Shown here one piece after another: positions 20,035-30,260 of a DNA stretch of 63,983 nucleotides (positions are counted from its first letter, which is position 1; each line of letters opens with the position of its first letter). The notes beneath the pieces are model-generated. The model saw only the letters and a program-made list of their open reading frames with translations. It searched no databases and was not told where the DNA came from. Source of the stretch: a virus (Duplodnaviria > Caudoviricetes); IMG/VR virus record IMGVR_UViG_3300033076_000750, positions 1-63,983 of that record, one strand, 5' to 3'. A program made the translations under genes and the position numbers.

Positions 20035-21213
20035 ATGCCCGCAGCCGCACCATCCGCCGAAGAAGACATTCTCACCATCACCGACCACAAGGGTCAGGGT
20101 GACGACGATGTGCTGATTGCCGATGGAACGATGGAGTTCCTCGACTCCGTGATCAGTGGCAAGCACACTCCTGAGCAACAGGAAGAAGAGGACATCGTTT
20201 CCGTTGACGTTATCGAAACTGACGAGGACACTGTTCAGCCAGTCAAGACGACCCCGACCCAGGCTCAGCCCGCTGAAGTTACGAAGGAAGAGGTTGAGGT
20301 CGAAGAAGAGCCAGCCAAGGCCGACAGGTCCGAACCCGGACCTGCGGATCGCAACCGAGTCTATCTCGGCAACATCACCGACCCGGTCACGCTCGAAGCG
20401 ATGCACCTCCTTGAGCGCAATCCAAAGCTCAGCATGTCGAAGGCTGAGGAGCTTGCAAAGCAGGCTCTTGGCATCAACGACGACAAGGGTCCAGACGATG
20501 ACGGCACCGTCAGCTATGACGACCTGCCCATCACTGAAAAGATCGAGTTCGACAAGGCTGAGTTCAAAGACATCAGCCAGCAACTCATCGAGAAAGAGCG
20601 CATCGGCCTACATGACGAGGAGTGGGAAACTCTGGTCAACAAGAAGGACGAGCTAAACCGCACCATCGCCAAGAACGAGCTGAGACTCGAAATGCTTGAG
20701 GACAAGGAGTCCAGTGACTCCGCTCGCATTGCTGCTGAGCAGGAAACTGCACTCGCCACCATCGAAGCGACTGAGGCGGAGCTTGCCAAAGAATTCAAAG
20801 ACCTTGCGGACGAGGAATCTCTCCTTTATGCCGCAGTCAAGAACAAGACTGAAAGGCTGATGGGCCAATATGCCGAGGGCAAATCCCCGGATTGGTTCAA
20901 GCCAACATCTCCCGAAGCAATGAAGCGCATCGTGCAAGAGCAGCATGATCGCATCACAGGGAAATCGACACCCGTGGCGAAGCCCGGTGTCACCGAAGTA
21001 GGCAACCGCACACATCAGGCCAAAGGCCCGGTGGCTGCAAAGCCTGCTCACTCGATTGCTCAACTTCGTTCGATCCCAGGATCGGAGGTCGAAACACGCC
21101 CACGTCTCAATGTGAGCGGCAGTGACGACGACTTCCTTTCTTCGCTGGATGACGTGATCGCCGACAAGGCGACTCCTCATCAGCGTGGATCGAGCAGATT
21201 TGAGATCGTATAG
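20035..21213 (+). CDS. Capsid scaffolding protein (putative)
   Basis: Very acidic coiled-coil protein directly upstream of the capsid gene. Confidence 0.65.
   Translation: MPAAAPSAEEDILTITDHKGQGDDDVLIADGTMEFLDSVISGKHTPEQQEEEDIVSVDVIETDEDTVQPVKTTPTQAQPAEVTKEEVEVEEEPAKADRSEPGPADRNRVYLGNITDPVTLEAMHLLERNPKLSMSKAEELAKQALGINDDKGPDDDGTVSYDDLPITEKIEFDKAEFKDISQQLIEKERIGLHDEEWETLVNKKDELNRTIAKNELRLEMLEDKESSDSARIAAEQETALATIEATEAELAKEFKDLADEESLLYAAVKNKTERLMGQYAEGKSPDWFKPTSPEAMKRIVQEQHDRITGKSTPVAKPGVTEVGNRTHQAKGPVAAKPAHSIAQLRSIPGSEVETRPRLNVSGSDDDFLSSLDDVIADKATPHQRGSSRFEIV
20327..20342. promoter_or_regulatory. 16-bp operator site variant (intragenic)
   Basis: CA-GGTCCGAACCCGGACC-TG. Confidence 0.65.
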
Positions 21214-21374
21214 CGAGACTCCACGACGAGTCTCCGCGCGCGCATTCACACGACCTCGTAGGGGCCAACCCCTGAACATGGTCACGCACAATCTTGGTCC
21301 ACACCAAGGCTCGTGAAATCGCGTGTCCTTGTTGTTGGCCGGAACACAACACAACAACACACAAGGACACCACA

Positions 21375-23003
21375 ATGAGCTACATCAATGGCATCAATAA
21401 GGACACCCTACAGCAAACTATCGACGCAGATTCCGCCAATTCGCGGGAAGTGGCGTGGATGGCAAAGATTGTTATGGGTGCCAAGAAACACTGCCCCATC
21501 GCCAACTGGTTTGGCAGCGTGGGCGGAGGTCGCCCGATCATGGAAATCGGCGACTGGCGCAAACTCCAGGGGCAAGAAATTGTCGCCAAACGTCGTGCCC
21601 GTCTCGGGGCTCGTGGTCGCCAGGGCGACTCCGCCCGTGTCGGCTACGAAGAGAAGTTCAAGGAGCGCTACTTCCGTGCCAAGATCGGCGCGATGTTCCA
21701 CTCTGTCGGCTTCTCCCGAATCGCTGCCGCGCAGACCGCAATGGGCGGAGACAAGGATAAGGTCGCCCAGGAACTGCTCTCCGAGTGGGTTGCTGAACGT
21801 CAGTATATGGATGTGGAAGCCGAAATCTTCCGCAACTGCTACACGTCTGGTGCCATCACTGGTCGCAACGTCATCCGGCCTAACTCGAAGGGCTCCGAGA
21901 ACGCCCTCGGCTCCAACGACGTGTTCGGCATGGACACGATCACTGATGCTCGCGATGCGATGCTCTCCCTGAACGCTTCCCCGCTGATGATCAGCCAGGG
22001 CGCGAACATGCAGAAGATTCCTCGCTTCTACATCCAGGGCTCTCAGTATCTGTTCGCCAGCCTGAACCGCAACAGCACGTTCAAGACTCTCGTTGCTCAG
22101 GCCGAAAACCGTGGACCATCCCAGAGCCTGCTCGCCGGTGGAAAGCCAATCGTGGACAACACGATCCTCAACGAGTGGATGATCACGAACAACGATGCTG
22201 ACGCCACCCAGGGTGCCCGCCTCATTCCGTTCGCCACCACTGGTGTAGCGATCCCAGCCGACCCACAGTGGGCTGAAAACGTGGTCGATAGCAATCTTGG
22301 CGACGACAGCGCAACTGCTGACGCAGATGGATTCTTGCTGAAGCTCGGTGGCTCTGCCGCCGCCGCCCTCAAGACCGACGTTGACTACGCTCAGAACTTC
22401 CACAACGCCCCATACACCGGATTTGAGGGAGAGAAGATCGCTGCTGACACCACGACCGAGCGCTATCTCGCTATCCGCGCACGCTCTGGAGCAAACGCCG
22501 GACTCTGGAGGCACTTCGCCTACAAGGTCAACAACGGTAACGCCATCGTCCTCACCCGCGCCCTCGGCTCTAGCGGTGGAACTGGTGCCTCGGCTTCTGC
22601 CGCTGGCTCCATCGTTCGCCAGAATCTCTCACAGGCCGCTCCAACGGATGTCGCAACCTGGGGCTCTGGTCAGTTCACCGACACTGGCAAGCTGACTGAA
22701 GACGAAATCGCGATTGGCGCTGAAGTCTATCAGTGCAACGCCAAGGGCACCATCCTGTCCTACGGCTACGTCATCTCTGACGGCTTTATGATGAGCGGCT
22801 ATGGTTCGCTCGACGGCAAGACCGCATTCGGAAACCGCAAGGTTGAGAAGCAGGAATACGAGAAAGACATCGGTATCGGTGTTGAACTCGTGTGGGGCTG
22901 CAAAGCCAACGAGGACACGAACGGCGTGAAGAACGGCTTCGTTCTCATCCAGGCGGCTTACACGCCACCCGGTTACTACGACAACATCCCGTCCAACGCA
23001 TAA
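21375..23003 (+). CDS. Major capsid protein (DUF4043/N4-gp56-like)
   Basis: Follows the scaffold, strong codon bias, GYEEK, C-terminal GIGVELVWG..K..FVLI; followed by a hairpin. Confidence 0.75.
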   Translation: MSYINGINKDTLQQTIDADSANSREVAWMAKIVMGAKKHCPIANWFGSVGGGRPIMEIGDWRKLQGQEIVAKRRARLGARGRQGDSARVGYEEKFKERYFRAKIGAMFHSVGFSRIAAAQTAMGGDKDKVAQELLSEWVAERQYMDVEAEIFRNCYTSGAITGRNVIRPNSKGSENALGSNDVFGMDTITDARDAMLSLNASPLMISQGANMQKIPRFYIQGSQYLFASLNRNSTFKTLVAQAENRGPSQSLLAGGKPIVDNTILNEWMITNNDADATQGARLIPFATTGVAIPADPQWAENVVDSNLGDDSATADADGFLLKLGGSAAAALKTDVDYAQNFHNAPYTGFEGEKIAADTTTERYLAIRARSGANAGLWRHFAYKVNNGNAIVLTRALGSSGGTGASASAAGSIVRQNLSQAAPTDVATWGSGQFTDTGKLTEDEIAIGAEVYQCNAKGTILSYGYVISDGFMMSGYGSLDGKTAFGNRKVEKQEYEKDIGIGVELVWGCKANEDTNGVKNGFVLIQAAYTPPGYYDNIPSNA

Positions 23004-23017
23004 CCAACAACAACTTT

Positions 23018-23052
23018 AGGGGGCTGGTTCACTCCAGCCCCCTTCATTCTTT
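23018..23052 (+). terminator. Probable intrinsic terminator after the capsid gene
   Basis: AGGGGGCTGG-TTCACT-CCAGCCCCCT followed by TCATTCTTT. Confidence 0.55.
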
Positions 23053-23058
23053 CACACC

Positions 23059-23631
23059 ATGAACGACCTCAATAACTTCGAGCACTTGCCAACGGCAACC
23101 TCCGAAACTCCATCAACGGCATCATCCGGCTGGTTCGCCAAGCTCATCGACCGTTCTGCGGTCGAAGGTAGCGCCAAGCGCATTCGCTCGATCACGCTGC
23201 TGAATCTTGCCAACTACCTTGTCGGCATTCTAACCAGCGCCATCACAACCTCATCCTCGATCAAATCTTCATCCGCCACCGCTGGTGTTGGTTATGCGAC
23301 TGGAGCTGGTGGAGCTGGAGTCCAGGGAACGAATGCCACAACCGCAGTCACCCTTAACAAGGTGTGTGGGACCATTGCCTTGCACGCAACCCAAAACGTG
23401 GCAGCAGGGGCCGAGCAATCCTTCACGCTTACCAATAGCGCGATTGCGGCCACCGATGTAGTTGTTGTTTCTCGAAAATCTGGAACTGCCACCGGCACCC
23501 CGATCTTCGCTGTCACAGCGACCGCTGCTGGATCATGCGTCATCACTATGACCAACCTGCACGCATCGACTGCTGAAACTGGAGCCGATCACGTCCTAAA
23601 CTTCGCCGTCATCAAAGGCGTTGCCGCATAA
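23059..23631 (+). CDS. Putative head decoration/fibre protein
   Basis: T/A/S/G-rich; FTLTNSAIAATDVVVV...NFAVIK. Confidence 0.6.
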   Translation: MNDLNNFEHLPTATSETPSTASSGWFAKLIDRSAVEGSAKRIRSITLLNLANYLVGILTSAITTSSSIKSSSATAGVGYATGAGGAGVQGTNATTAVTLNKVCGTIALHATQNVAAGAEQSFTLTNSAIAATDVVVVSRKSGTATGTPIFAVTATAAGSCVITMTNLHASTAETGADHVLNFAVIKGVAA

Positions 23632-23680
23632 GCCATTTGCGCCTTGCGCGCTGTAAATTTGACCGTTAGGTTTCAAGTGC

Positions 23681-24355
23681 ATGAAAATCATCCTTCTCGC
23701 CACTTGGCCTAACGGTCAAACGCAGCACATCTACTCAACATCAAGTCGATTAATCGCCAAGTCTCAGCACAACGCAAAGCTGAACCGGCATGTTATCGAG
23801 GTCACTGACCAAACTCTCGCCGAGTGCATCTGGCACAAGACGGCAATGGCGCAGGCCGTGCCGCTGATTGTGGACGAGAACTACAGCCCCATCCCACTTG
23901 GGTCCGAGTTCGGACCTGCTTACGGATACGACGAAAAAGGCAACCAAGTCGTATCTGGCATGAAGTTCATTAAGCCGGACGCAATTAAAGGTGCCACAGT
24001 CGTCGCAACCAATGAGCCGAACCAAAAAGAAACCATACCGCCAGTCGAGAGCGTTCGACAGGTCGTGTCGGAACCACGGGAGTTGCCCGTATTGCCAGAG
24101 CAACCGGCAGCACAAGCACAGGAAGCAGTTGCTCAAGACAATGATGTGACTGTCGATGAAGAAGCCGACCCAGAGGCAGACATGCCGCTCGAAGAGGTCA
24201 TCTGCAAGCGCATTGCCCAATACACCAAGCTGAAGGTTGAGACGTTGGCCGCAAATCTCGGGGTAACAGTCGCTGAGATTAAATCCACGGTGAAGAAATC
24301 AGACTTCCTCAAGATCACCGTCAAGAATAAGACCGCAACCGTCTCCGCCAAATGA
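23681..24355 (+). CDS. Hypothetical protein
   Basis: ORF in the structural operon; possible C-terminal HTH. Confidence 0.65.
   Translation: MKIILLATWPNGQTQHIYSTSSRLIAKSQHNAKLNRHVIEVTDQTLAECIWHKTAMAQAVPLIVDENYSPIPLGSEFGPAYGYDEKGNQVVSGMKFIKPDAIKGATVVATNEPNQKETIPPVESVRQVVSEPRELPVLPEQPAAQAQEAVAQDNDVTVDEEADPEADMPLEEVICKRIAQYTKLKVETLAANLGVTVAEIKSTVKKSDFLKITVKNKTATVSAK
23901..23916. promoter_or_regulatory. 16-bp palindromic operator site (intragenic)
   Basis: GGTCCGAGTTCGGACC. Confidence 0.75.
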
Positions 24356-25242
24356 CAAGTCACGTCCTCCAGGTCAAACGAGCCTTCCAAGATGCCTGCG
24401 GGCTCTCGGCGATCACTGATGCCGACAGCGGGCAGCAGCAGACGATGCTTGACGCGCTGAACGCAGCTACACAGCAGATCGCTGCCTTCGCCCCCCTCTC
24501 GTGGTATGGGGCTGAAGAGTATGCCGACTACATCCGCGCCCCACAGTCAATCACGCTCACGGGGCTCACTACCGGCTCGCGGGCTATGACATGGGCAGCT
24601 ATCTCATCGAACGCTTGGTCGAATGGATGCGCCCTGATGCTGGCTGGCGACTCTGCCATCAACCGACTCAAGAGGACAGCGGACTCCTATGAGCTGCACC
24701 TTCCTTACATGGGCGCATCGTCATCGGACACAGCCACCATCTACCAGGATGTGATTGAGATGCCCGAGAACTTTCTGAAGCTGAAGGGAGACGTGGTGAT
24801 GATTGGCGACAACGTCATCCATGTGGTAGCTACCAACGACCAGATGGGGTCAGGAAAGGAGATGGGGTCGCCACAATTCGTTGGGGCACCTACCCTGGCA
24901 AAGCTTATCTCCCGCTACAACCGCAGCAAGGCACGAGTTCCGTTCCTGAAGCTCAACTCACTGCCAACTGCGGCATCGCGCATCGCATTTGAATACCACC
25001 TGCGTCCACTGGATGTGGCAGCATGGACCGACGAGCGATACGACTTGGTCCCAATCCAATACGTCCAGAGCGTCCTCATCCCCATCGCCCTATCAAAGCT
25101 CGCCGAGCTATCGTCCATCGTTAGCGAGTCACGCATTCCCATGATCCAGGCTGGAGGAACGACCGCATTCCAGATTCTCGACAGCATCGCAGATGCAGAG
25201 AACGGAAACTCCAGGGGCATCATCTCAACCGGGCAATGGTAA
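24352..25242 (+). CDS. Head-tail adaptor protein (putative)
   Basis: Position; N-terminal LDALNAA helix; LP.NFLK; VP..Y..VL. Confidence 0.55.
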   Translation: MTSHVLQVKRAFQDACGLSAITDADSGQQQTMLDALNAATQQIAAFAPLSWYGAEEYADYIRAPQSITLTGLTTGSRAMTWAAISSNAWSNGCALMLAGDSAINRLKRTADSYELHLPYMGASSSDTATIYQDVIEMPENFLKLKGDVVMIGDNVIHVVATNDQMGSGKEMGSPQFVGAPTLAKLISRYNRSKARVPFLKLNSLPTAASRIAFEYHLRPLDVAAWTDERYDLVPIQYVQSVLIPIALSKLAELSSIVSESRIPMIQAGGTTAFQILDSIADAENGNSRGIISTGQW

Positions 25243-25243
25243 C

Positions 25244-28135
25244 ATGATCAAGAGGTTCCCCATCACAGAAATTGGCAGCGTTGTTACACTCACTGACGCC
25301 ACTCAGTCTGGCGTCAACTTGGTGGGCGCAAAGAACCTCATCCCACGCCCAATGAAGGCGTTTAGCGGGCCTCCGCTACTCCGACACCTTTGGGAGACTA
25401 CGAGCGCGGCAAGCCTATACACTGTCCTTGATGGGGTCACTGGAATAAATGGCATCGCTGACGCCACCCGAAAGACGGTCGCTGTCCGCATCTACCAGCA
25501 CGGAAAGAGCATCATCGTTCTGTTCGACATGCTGAACAGAAAGCTGCGCGGGCTATTCTACATGGGTGACGACGGCTCATACTCTGGCGAGGTTTCCTTC
25601 ACCGAGGGCGCGAACTCCAACCAGCCGTATTTTGAAGCGCTTGCCACCGGGCTCGATGCGGAATCCGAGTGGTATGGTCAGCTTCAGTTCGGCCAACTAA
25701 TGATTCAGAACGGGGTCGATGACCCGGTCGCCGCCCAGCTAATGCGGACATCCACCAAGACCCCTGGAAGGTGGAGAAAGCGAGGCACGAACGAGTTCCC
25801 GGCAGCACCCATCATCACGCTCATATCGCCGGAGACATCAGCAAACGTCCAGGCATCCAGAGAAGTAGCCGGACTCAAGGTCACGGCAGATGAGGACAAT
25901 TTCCTTGGCTCTGCTGGCAACCTGAAGATTCAGATTCAGATCACGCTCGGCGCATACTCAGTCCTCGCATCCTCGCTCAGCGGCGACGGAGTCGAAGGAA
26001 ATCCATACGTCTATGCGGTCACTGCCCCAACCGGGACAACCAACACGGCGTTGGCGGCATTCATCAATGGTGACACGGAAGCTGTGCCGATCATGGCCGC
26101 GACCGTCACAACTGCTGGGACGGCTACCAACTGGAGCCTCGATTACCTCGCTGGAGGAACCGGCACCGGATCGTCCACTGGTCTTAGCGGCGAAGTGGTG
26201 GATGTGGTCGCCAGATATTGGGATGACGGTCAGGACAACTGCGGCTACGAAGGCCCATCATCGCCATACTCGAACGAGCTTATTCTATCAGCCCTGGCCT
26301 TCAAAGACATCTTGGTCAAGGTTCTCATCAACCCAGCCGCCGAGGGCGGGAGGTTCGCGTATTCTGGATGTGGTATCCGTTTATATAAAAGGTTCGGCGA
26401 TACAGCGCCAACATACAACCTCGTCACTGAATCCGTTCTGTCCAACTCCTACAGGGAGACGCTGGTTGTTTATGATGCAGCCGCCGACAGACTTTGGAGC
26501 TACTCAACGACCCAAAGCCTAACTTTTAACGCCACCACAAGTTTCACGACAACGCCATCACTGGCGGTTGGAACTGTCGTGATGTTCGTAGCCACAGCAA
26601 ACGGATTCACGTCGCACACGCCATACTACGTTGTCAGCACAGGAGTAGGCGCATACGGGCTCAGCGCAACGTCTGGCGGATCGCCGATCACGGCAACTGC
26701 ATCTGCGTCCGCAACCGCTTACATCCTGGCGCAAAATCTCCTATCGACCAACGACTCGATCAAGTTCACCACGGCTCCGGCAAACCTTGTCACCGGAACC
26801 GAATACGCGGTGATCAACAGGACTGCATATAACTTCCAGGTTTCATTGACTAGGGGCGGGTCCGCTGTCGGCATCGGAGCTTCAGGAAGCCTCATTGGAT
26901 CAGCGAGAGTCTATGCGGTTTATTTCGTCATCGGATCACAGACGGAAGCCGGAGATTTGATGTCCATCGACCAGAACCGCCCACCGGCTCACAGATATGT
27001 GGCGATGGCTGGAAACGTCAACTGGTGCGCGGGTGTGCCCAACAACGAGGCGCGTGTCTATTCGTCCAAGGATCAGGCATTCGATGAAGTGTGCCCGGAA
27101 GGCGTGAATCTGGATGACTACGACACCATTGCAAAATCGTTCGGCAGCGCCTCAAACGAGGTGAGCGGTCTATACAGCGACAAGCAATCACTGCACGTCC
27201 ACTTCCGAGACGGCATCGTGATCGTTGACCCAGGCGACACCAACATCCAGCACGAGCCACCGATTGAAGTCGGCATGGTCAACGGGCGATGCGTCACGAC
27301 ATCGAAGGGCAACAAGATTCTGTTCCTCGCCTCAGACCGGAACATCTATGAATTCAATGGGGCTCGATACGGAACACGCGCCGGTCAGTCGGTAACAAAC
27401 AACGCAATCGACTACATCCGCAGCTATGTCTCGCTCGACCAGATGGAACAGAGCCCGGGCAAGTGTAATCTTCTACACGACAAGACCACGCAGATGATCT
27501 TTGTGTGGATGCCATCTGACTCAGGCACCGTTGGCTTCGCCTTCGATGAAAATACTCAGGGCATGTATGGACCATTCTACGCACCATGTGCGCCGACTCA
27601 CGTTTGCTCGATGGAAGCCGGTCGCGGCGTCTATGTGCTGGGTGATGCTGACGGCAACCTCTTTGTCTGGGACACCGGAGAGCAGCAGTATTCGAGCAAC
27701 AACTTCACCGGGCAGGTTTCCCCAACCTACCACGCCACAAACACCACTCCGGGTCAGTCGCACAATGGATACCTAACGAACGAAGTATCGTTGGATGGGG
27801 TCGCAAAAGACCTCTGGTTCTCGAATGAGACGGTGATGGAGACGGCGTTCATCGACGCTCAGTCCATCGGCGGCAAGGTCGAGGGGCCGATCACATTCAG
27901 GGGTCTTGAGTGGCGCTCAATCAAGGGCTCAAGGGCATCTGTTGAAGTGACGTTCATCACGCACGATGGGCGCGAAAGCACGATCATCTATGGCGAGATG
28001 GGGGCCAAGGAGCGTGACGTTCCTCACCGAGTTGGAATCTCGATCAGATCGAGTGCCGTTCGCATCAAAATGCGCGTGGTTTCTTCCGACCTCCAGCGGT
28101 GGACAATTCGCGATCTGAACCTGCTATACGAGTAA
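25244..28135 (+). CDS. Tail nozzle/tubular protein with inserted FCCH-like repeats
   Basis: ~960 aa beta-propeller-like; YYVV..F/Y.LS.T.GG repeats. Confidence 0.6.
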   Translation: MIKRFPITEIGSVVTLTDATQSGVNLVGAKNLIPRPMKAFSGPPLLRHLWETTSAASLYTVLDGVTGINGIADATRKTVAVRIYQHGKSIIVLFDMLNRKLRGLFYMGDDGSYSGEVSFTEGANSNQPYFEALATGLDAESEWYGQLQFGQLMIQNGVDDPVAAQLMRTSTKTPGRWRKRGTNEFPAAPIITLISPETSANVQASREVAGLKVTADEDNFLGSAGNLKIQIQITLGAYSVLASSLSGDGVEGNPYVYAVTAPTGTTNTALAAFINGDTEAVPIMAATVTTAGTATNWSLDYLAGGTGTGSSTGLSGEVVDVVARYWDDGQDNCGYEGPSSPYSNELILSALAFKDILVKVLINPAAEGGRFAYSGCGIRLYKRFGDTAPTYNLVTESVLSNSYRETLVVYDAAADRLWSYSTTQSLTFNATTSFTTTPSLAVGTVVMFVATANGFTSHTPYYVVSTGVGAYGLSATSGGSPITATASASATAYILAQNLLSTNDSIKFTTAPANLVTGTEYAVINRTAYNFQVSLTRGGSAVGIGASGSLIGSARVYAVYFVIGSQTEAGDLMSIDQNRPPAHRYVAMAGNVNWCAGVPNNEARVYSSKDQAFDEVCPEGVNLDDYDTIAKSFGSASNEVSGLYSDKQSLHVHFRDGIVIVDPGDTNIQHEPPIEVGMVNGRCVTTSKGNKILFLASDRNIYEFNGARYGTRAGQSVTNNAIDYIRSYVSLDQMEQSPGKCNLLHDKTTQMIFVWMPSDSGTVGFAFDENTQGMYGPFYAPCAPTHVCSMEAGRGVYVLGDADGNLFVWDTGEQQYSSNNFTGQVSPTYHATNTTPGQSHNGYLTNEVSLDGVAKDLWFSNETVMETAFIDAQSIGGKVEGPITFRGLEWRSIKGSRASVEVTFITHDGRESTIIYGEMGAKERDVPHRVGISIRSSAVRIKMRVVSSDLQRWTIRDLNLLYE

Positions 28136-28150
28136 GTTGACAAATAATCG

Positions 28151-28178
28151 TTGACAGGTCCGAGTTCGGACCTATGAT
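28151..28178 (+). promoter_or_regulatory. Sigma70-type promoter with the operator palindrome as spacer
   Basis: TTGACA-GGTCCGAGTTCGGACC-TATGAT. Confidence 0.85.
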
Positions 28179-28208
28179 CACGCCACGCCACCCGGCGCAC
28201 CAAACATC

Positions 28209-28487
28209 ATGGCACACCCAATCAAAAAAACCAAATCTCCAGTGTGGGGCATTCACATCGACAAGATTCCATCAGTTAATGGATCAGTGTGGGGCAAAAG
28301 CATCCAGAGACTGACCAAGGAGGAATACATTGCCAACATCGACAACGCTGTCACCATGACGGATCAGGTAGCCACCGGCAACGGGTGTTCCCACGATGTA
28401 GCTCTCAAGCAAGTTGAGAAGGACGAGGGATTCTACTTCCTGCCCACCCACAGAAAGCTCATTCTTGACGAAGCAAAGCGCCCATAA
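28209..28487 (+). CDS. Hypothetical early protein
   Basis: First ORF after the promoter. Confidence 0.65.
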   Translation: MAHPIKKTKSPVWGIHIDKIPSVNGSVWGKSIQRLTKEEYIANIDNAVTMTDQVATGNGCSHDVALKQVEKDEGFYFLPTHRKLILDEAKRP

Positions 28488-28504
28488 TTCAAACGCCAAC
28501 CACC

Positions 28505-28927
28505 ATGCCACACAACTTCATCACCCCACAGCCCTCATTCGTCTTCGAGGGGCTTCTACACCACCACGCCATCAACAAGACCCCAATGACCGCTCGCCAA
28601 GCAGTCGTTGCCTGCCGCCAACTCAGCGACAAGCACACGTTCATCGCCAACGAGCACCAGGGCATCCACCTGTCCTCATACGGCGAAGTCTCCAACACCA
28701 GCGAATACACCCTGGCGATCTTCGATGAAATGAAGCTCGTCTCACGCCACGTCTCCAAAGACGGATTCGAGAATCTGATCGAAGAGGTCACGACGTTTCT
28801 CCATCCACTCCCAACTCTCAAGCAGGAAGACCCCGATCCAGATCGCTTTGCGAATGACGAGGAGCGCCACGAATTCGAGTCCAGCGATAGCGACGACCAA
28901 GATTGCGAATCCGATGAAGATGAATGA
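28505..28927 (+). CDS. Hypothetical protein with acidic tail
   Basis: A/C-rich leader, phage-like codon use. Confidence 0.65.
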   Translation: MPHNFITPQPSFVFEGLLHHHAINKTPMTARQAVVACRQLSDKHTFIANEHQGIHLSSYGEVSNTSEYTLAIFDEMKLVSRHVSKDGFENLIEEVTTFLHPLPTLKQEDPDPDRFANDEERHEFESSDSDDQDCESDEDE

Positions 28928-29252
28928 CTCCCACTGCCTCTGGATGCCGCACATAACTTACAATCCGTTCACCGAAGATGAGTTTGAATACGAGGCGTTC
29001 AATTCCGAAGCATTCTCTGTCGTTCGAGCGTTCTACAACCTCACGTCACCAACCAAGATGGGTCCGCTGTTCTTCGAGAACTACGCCAAGAACTGCATTC
29101 ACTCACACGAGTTTGTGGATGTTGAAACGGGTCGATGGCTGATGACGGTCTGGCTCGACAAGTGGACGAACAAAGTCCTTGCCAAGTTCATCAACAAGAC
29201 TCAGGATGCAAAATCTCCGCTGGCACAAATGCTGGCACCGATACCAAAGTAA
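28920..29252 (+). CDS. Hypothetical protein
   Basis: Coupled ORF; start approximate. Confidence 0.6.
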   Translation: MNDSHCLWMPHITYNPFTEDEFEYEAFNSEAFSVVRAFYNLTSPTKMGPLFFENYAKNCIHSHEFVDVETGRWLMTVWLDKWTNKVLAKFINKTQDAKSPLAQMLAPIPK

Positions 29253-29271
29253 CCAAACAAGAAACACGACA

Positions 29272-30222
29272 ATGACGCCCCTTAGCCAAATCACACAACT
29301 CGGAGTCGGCTGCGGCCTTGGCTCCACACAGGTCGAAGTGCTCGCCTTCGTCAAAACCATCAACAGTAAGCCCAATTCCCCCAGAGCCTGGAGCTTTCAC
29401 ATCTTCAAAATCGCCGATCCAGAAGGCGGATTCCAATGCGAGGCGAAGTTCTGGGAACGCGATCCACGCGACATCCCCATCGGTCAGGTGATCGAGATCA
29501 CGGACACCAGTAATCGCGGGCCAGGGCTCGTGGTCGCCGAAGACAACCGTGGAAACGTCCAGCTCGATGTGAAGTCGTCGTGCGAGATCGCGTTCATCCG
29601 GGGAGGTCCAGCCCCGCAGCAGCGCCAGCAGCCAGCACCCCAGCAGCAGCGCAATTACCAGCAGCAACCCCAGCAGCAACCCCAGCAGCAACCCCAGCAG
29701 CAGCGTCAGCAATACCAACGCCCATCTCCGCACATGGAAGGCAATGGTGGACAAGGAGCGAACGGCCCAGGCTATCAACAGCGCGCTCAACAGCAAAGCG
29801 CGCAGCAAACGCGCCCTGCGACGAACTTGGGCGTCACGGTGGGTATGGCGATCAACAACGCCTGCAATCTCATCGCTAAGTTCGGCGCTGACCCAGCCAC
29901 GGGGTCGGGTCTGGCTCGCGACTACCTGATCTCACCTCAGTTCAGTTCTGATGTGTGGACCATCGCCAGCGACATCCTGCGTGTCAGTCGCCTACTCGAA
30001 GCGGATCGTCTCGCGGACCCAGCCAAGATTCGCCATGCGCCCCGCCAAGCTCCGCAGCAACGCCAGCCTGCGCAGGAACCGCATCACGATCTGCCACCCG
30101 ATGCCGAAGTCACGCGCCCGCTGAATCGCCAGCCAGCGAATCGCCAACCTCCGAGCGTTGACGACTTTGGCGACGGGCCAATCATTGACACCGGACTCGA
30201 AGGAGACGACATTCCGTTCTGA
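29272..30222 (+). CDS. ssb: Single-stranded DNA-binding protein (OB fold, Q-rich linker, DDIPF tail)
   Basis: C-terminal GDDIPF; N-terminal OB-like region; CAGCAGCAACCC tandem repeat. Confidence 0.65.
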   Translation: MTPLSQITQLGVGCGLGSTQVEVLAFVKTINSKPNSPRAWSFHIFKIADPEGGFQCEAKFWERDPRDIPIGQVIEITDTSNRGPGLVVAEDNRGNVQLDVKSSCEIAFIRGGPAPQQRQQPAPQQQRNYQQQPQQQPQQQPQQQRQQYQRPSPHMEGNGGQGANGPGYQQRAQQQSAQQTRPATNLGVTVGMAINNACNLIAKFGADPATGSGLARDYLISPQFSSDVWTIASDILRVSRLLEADRLADPAKIRHAPRQAPQQRQPAQEPHHDLPPDAEVTRPLNRQPANRQPPSVDDFGDGPIIDTGLEGDDIPF

Positions 30223-30260
30223 TATAATTCGTTAGACCAACACCCAAATACCAAACCACA

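Noticed and set aside
29640-29710. CAGCAGCAACCC tandem repeat
   Set aside because: It encodes the Q/P-rich disordered linker typical of SSBs.
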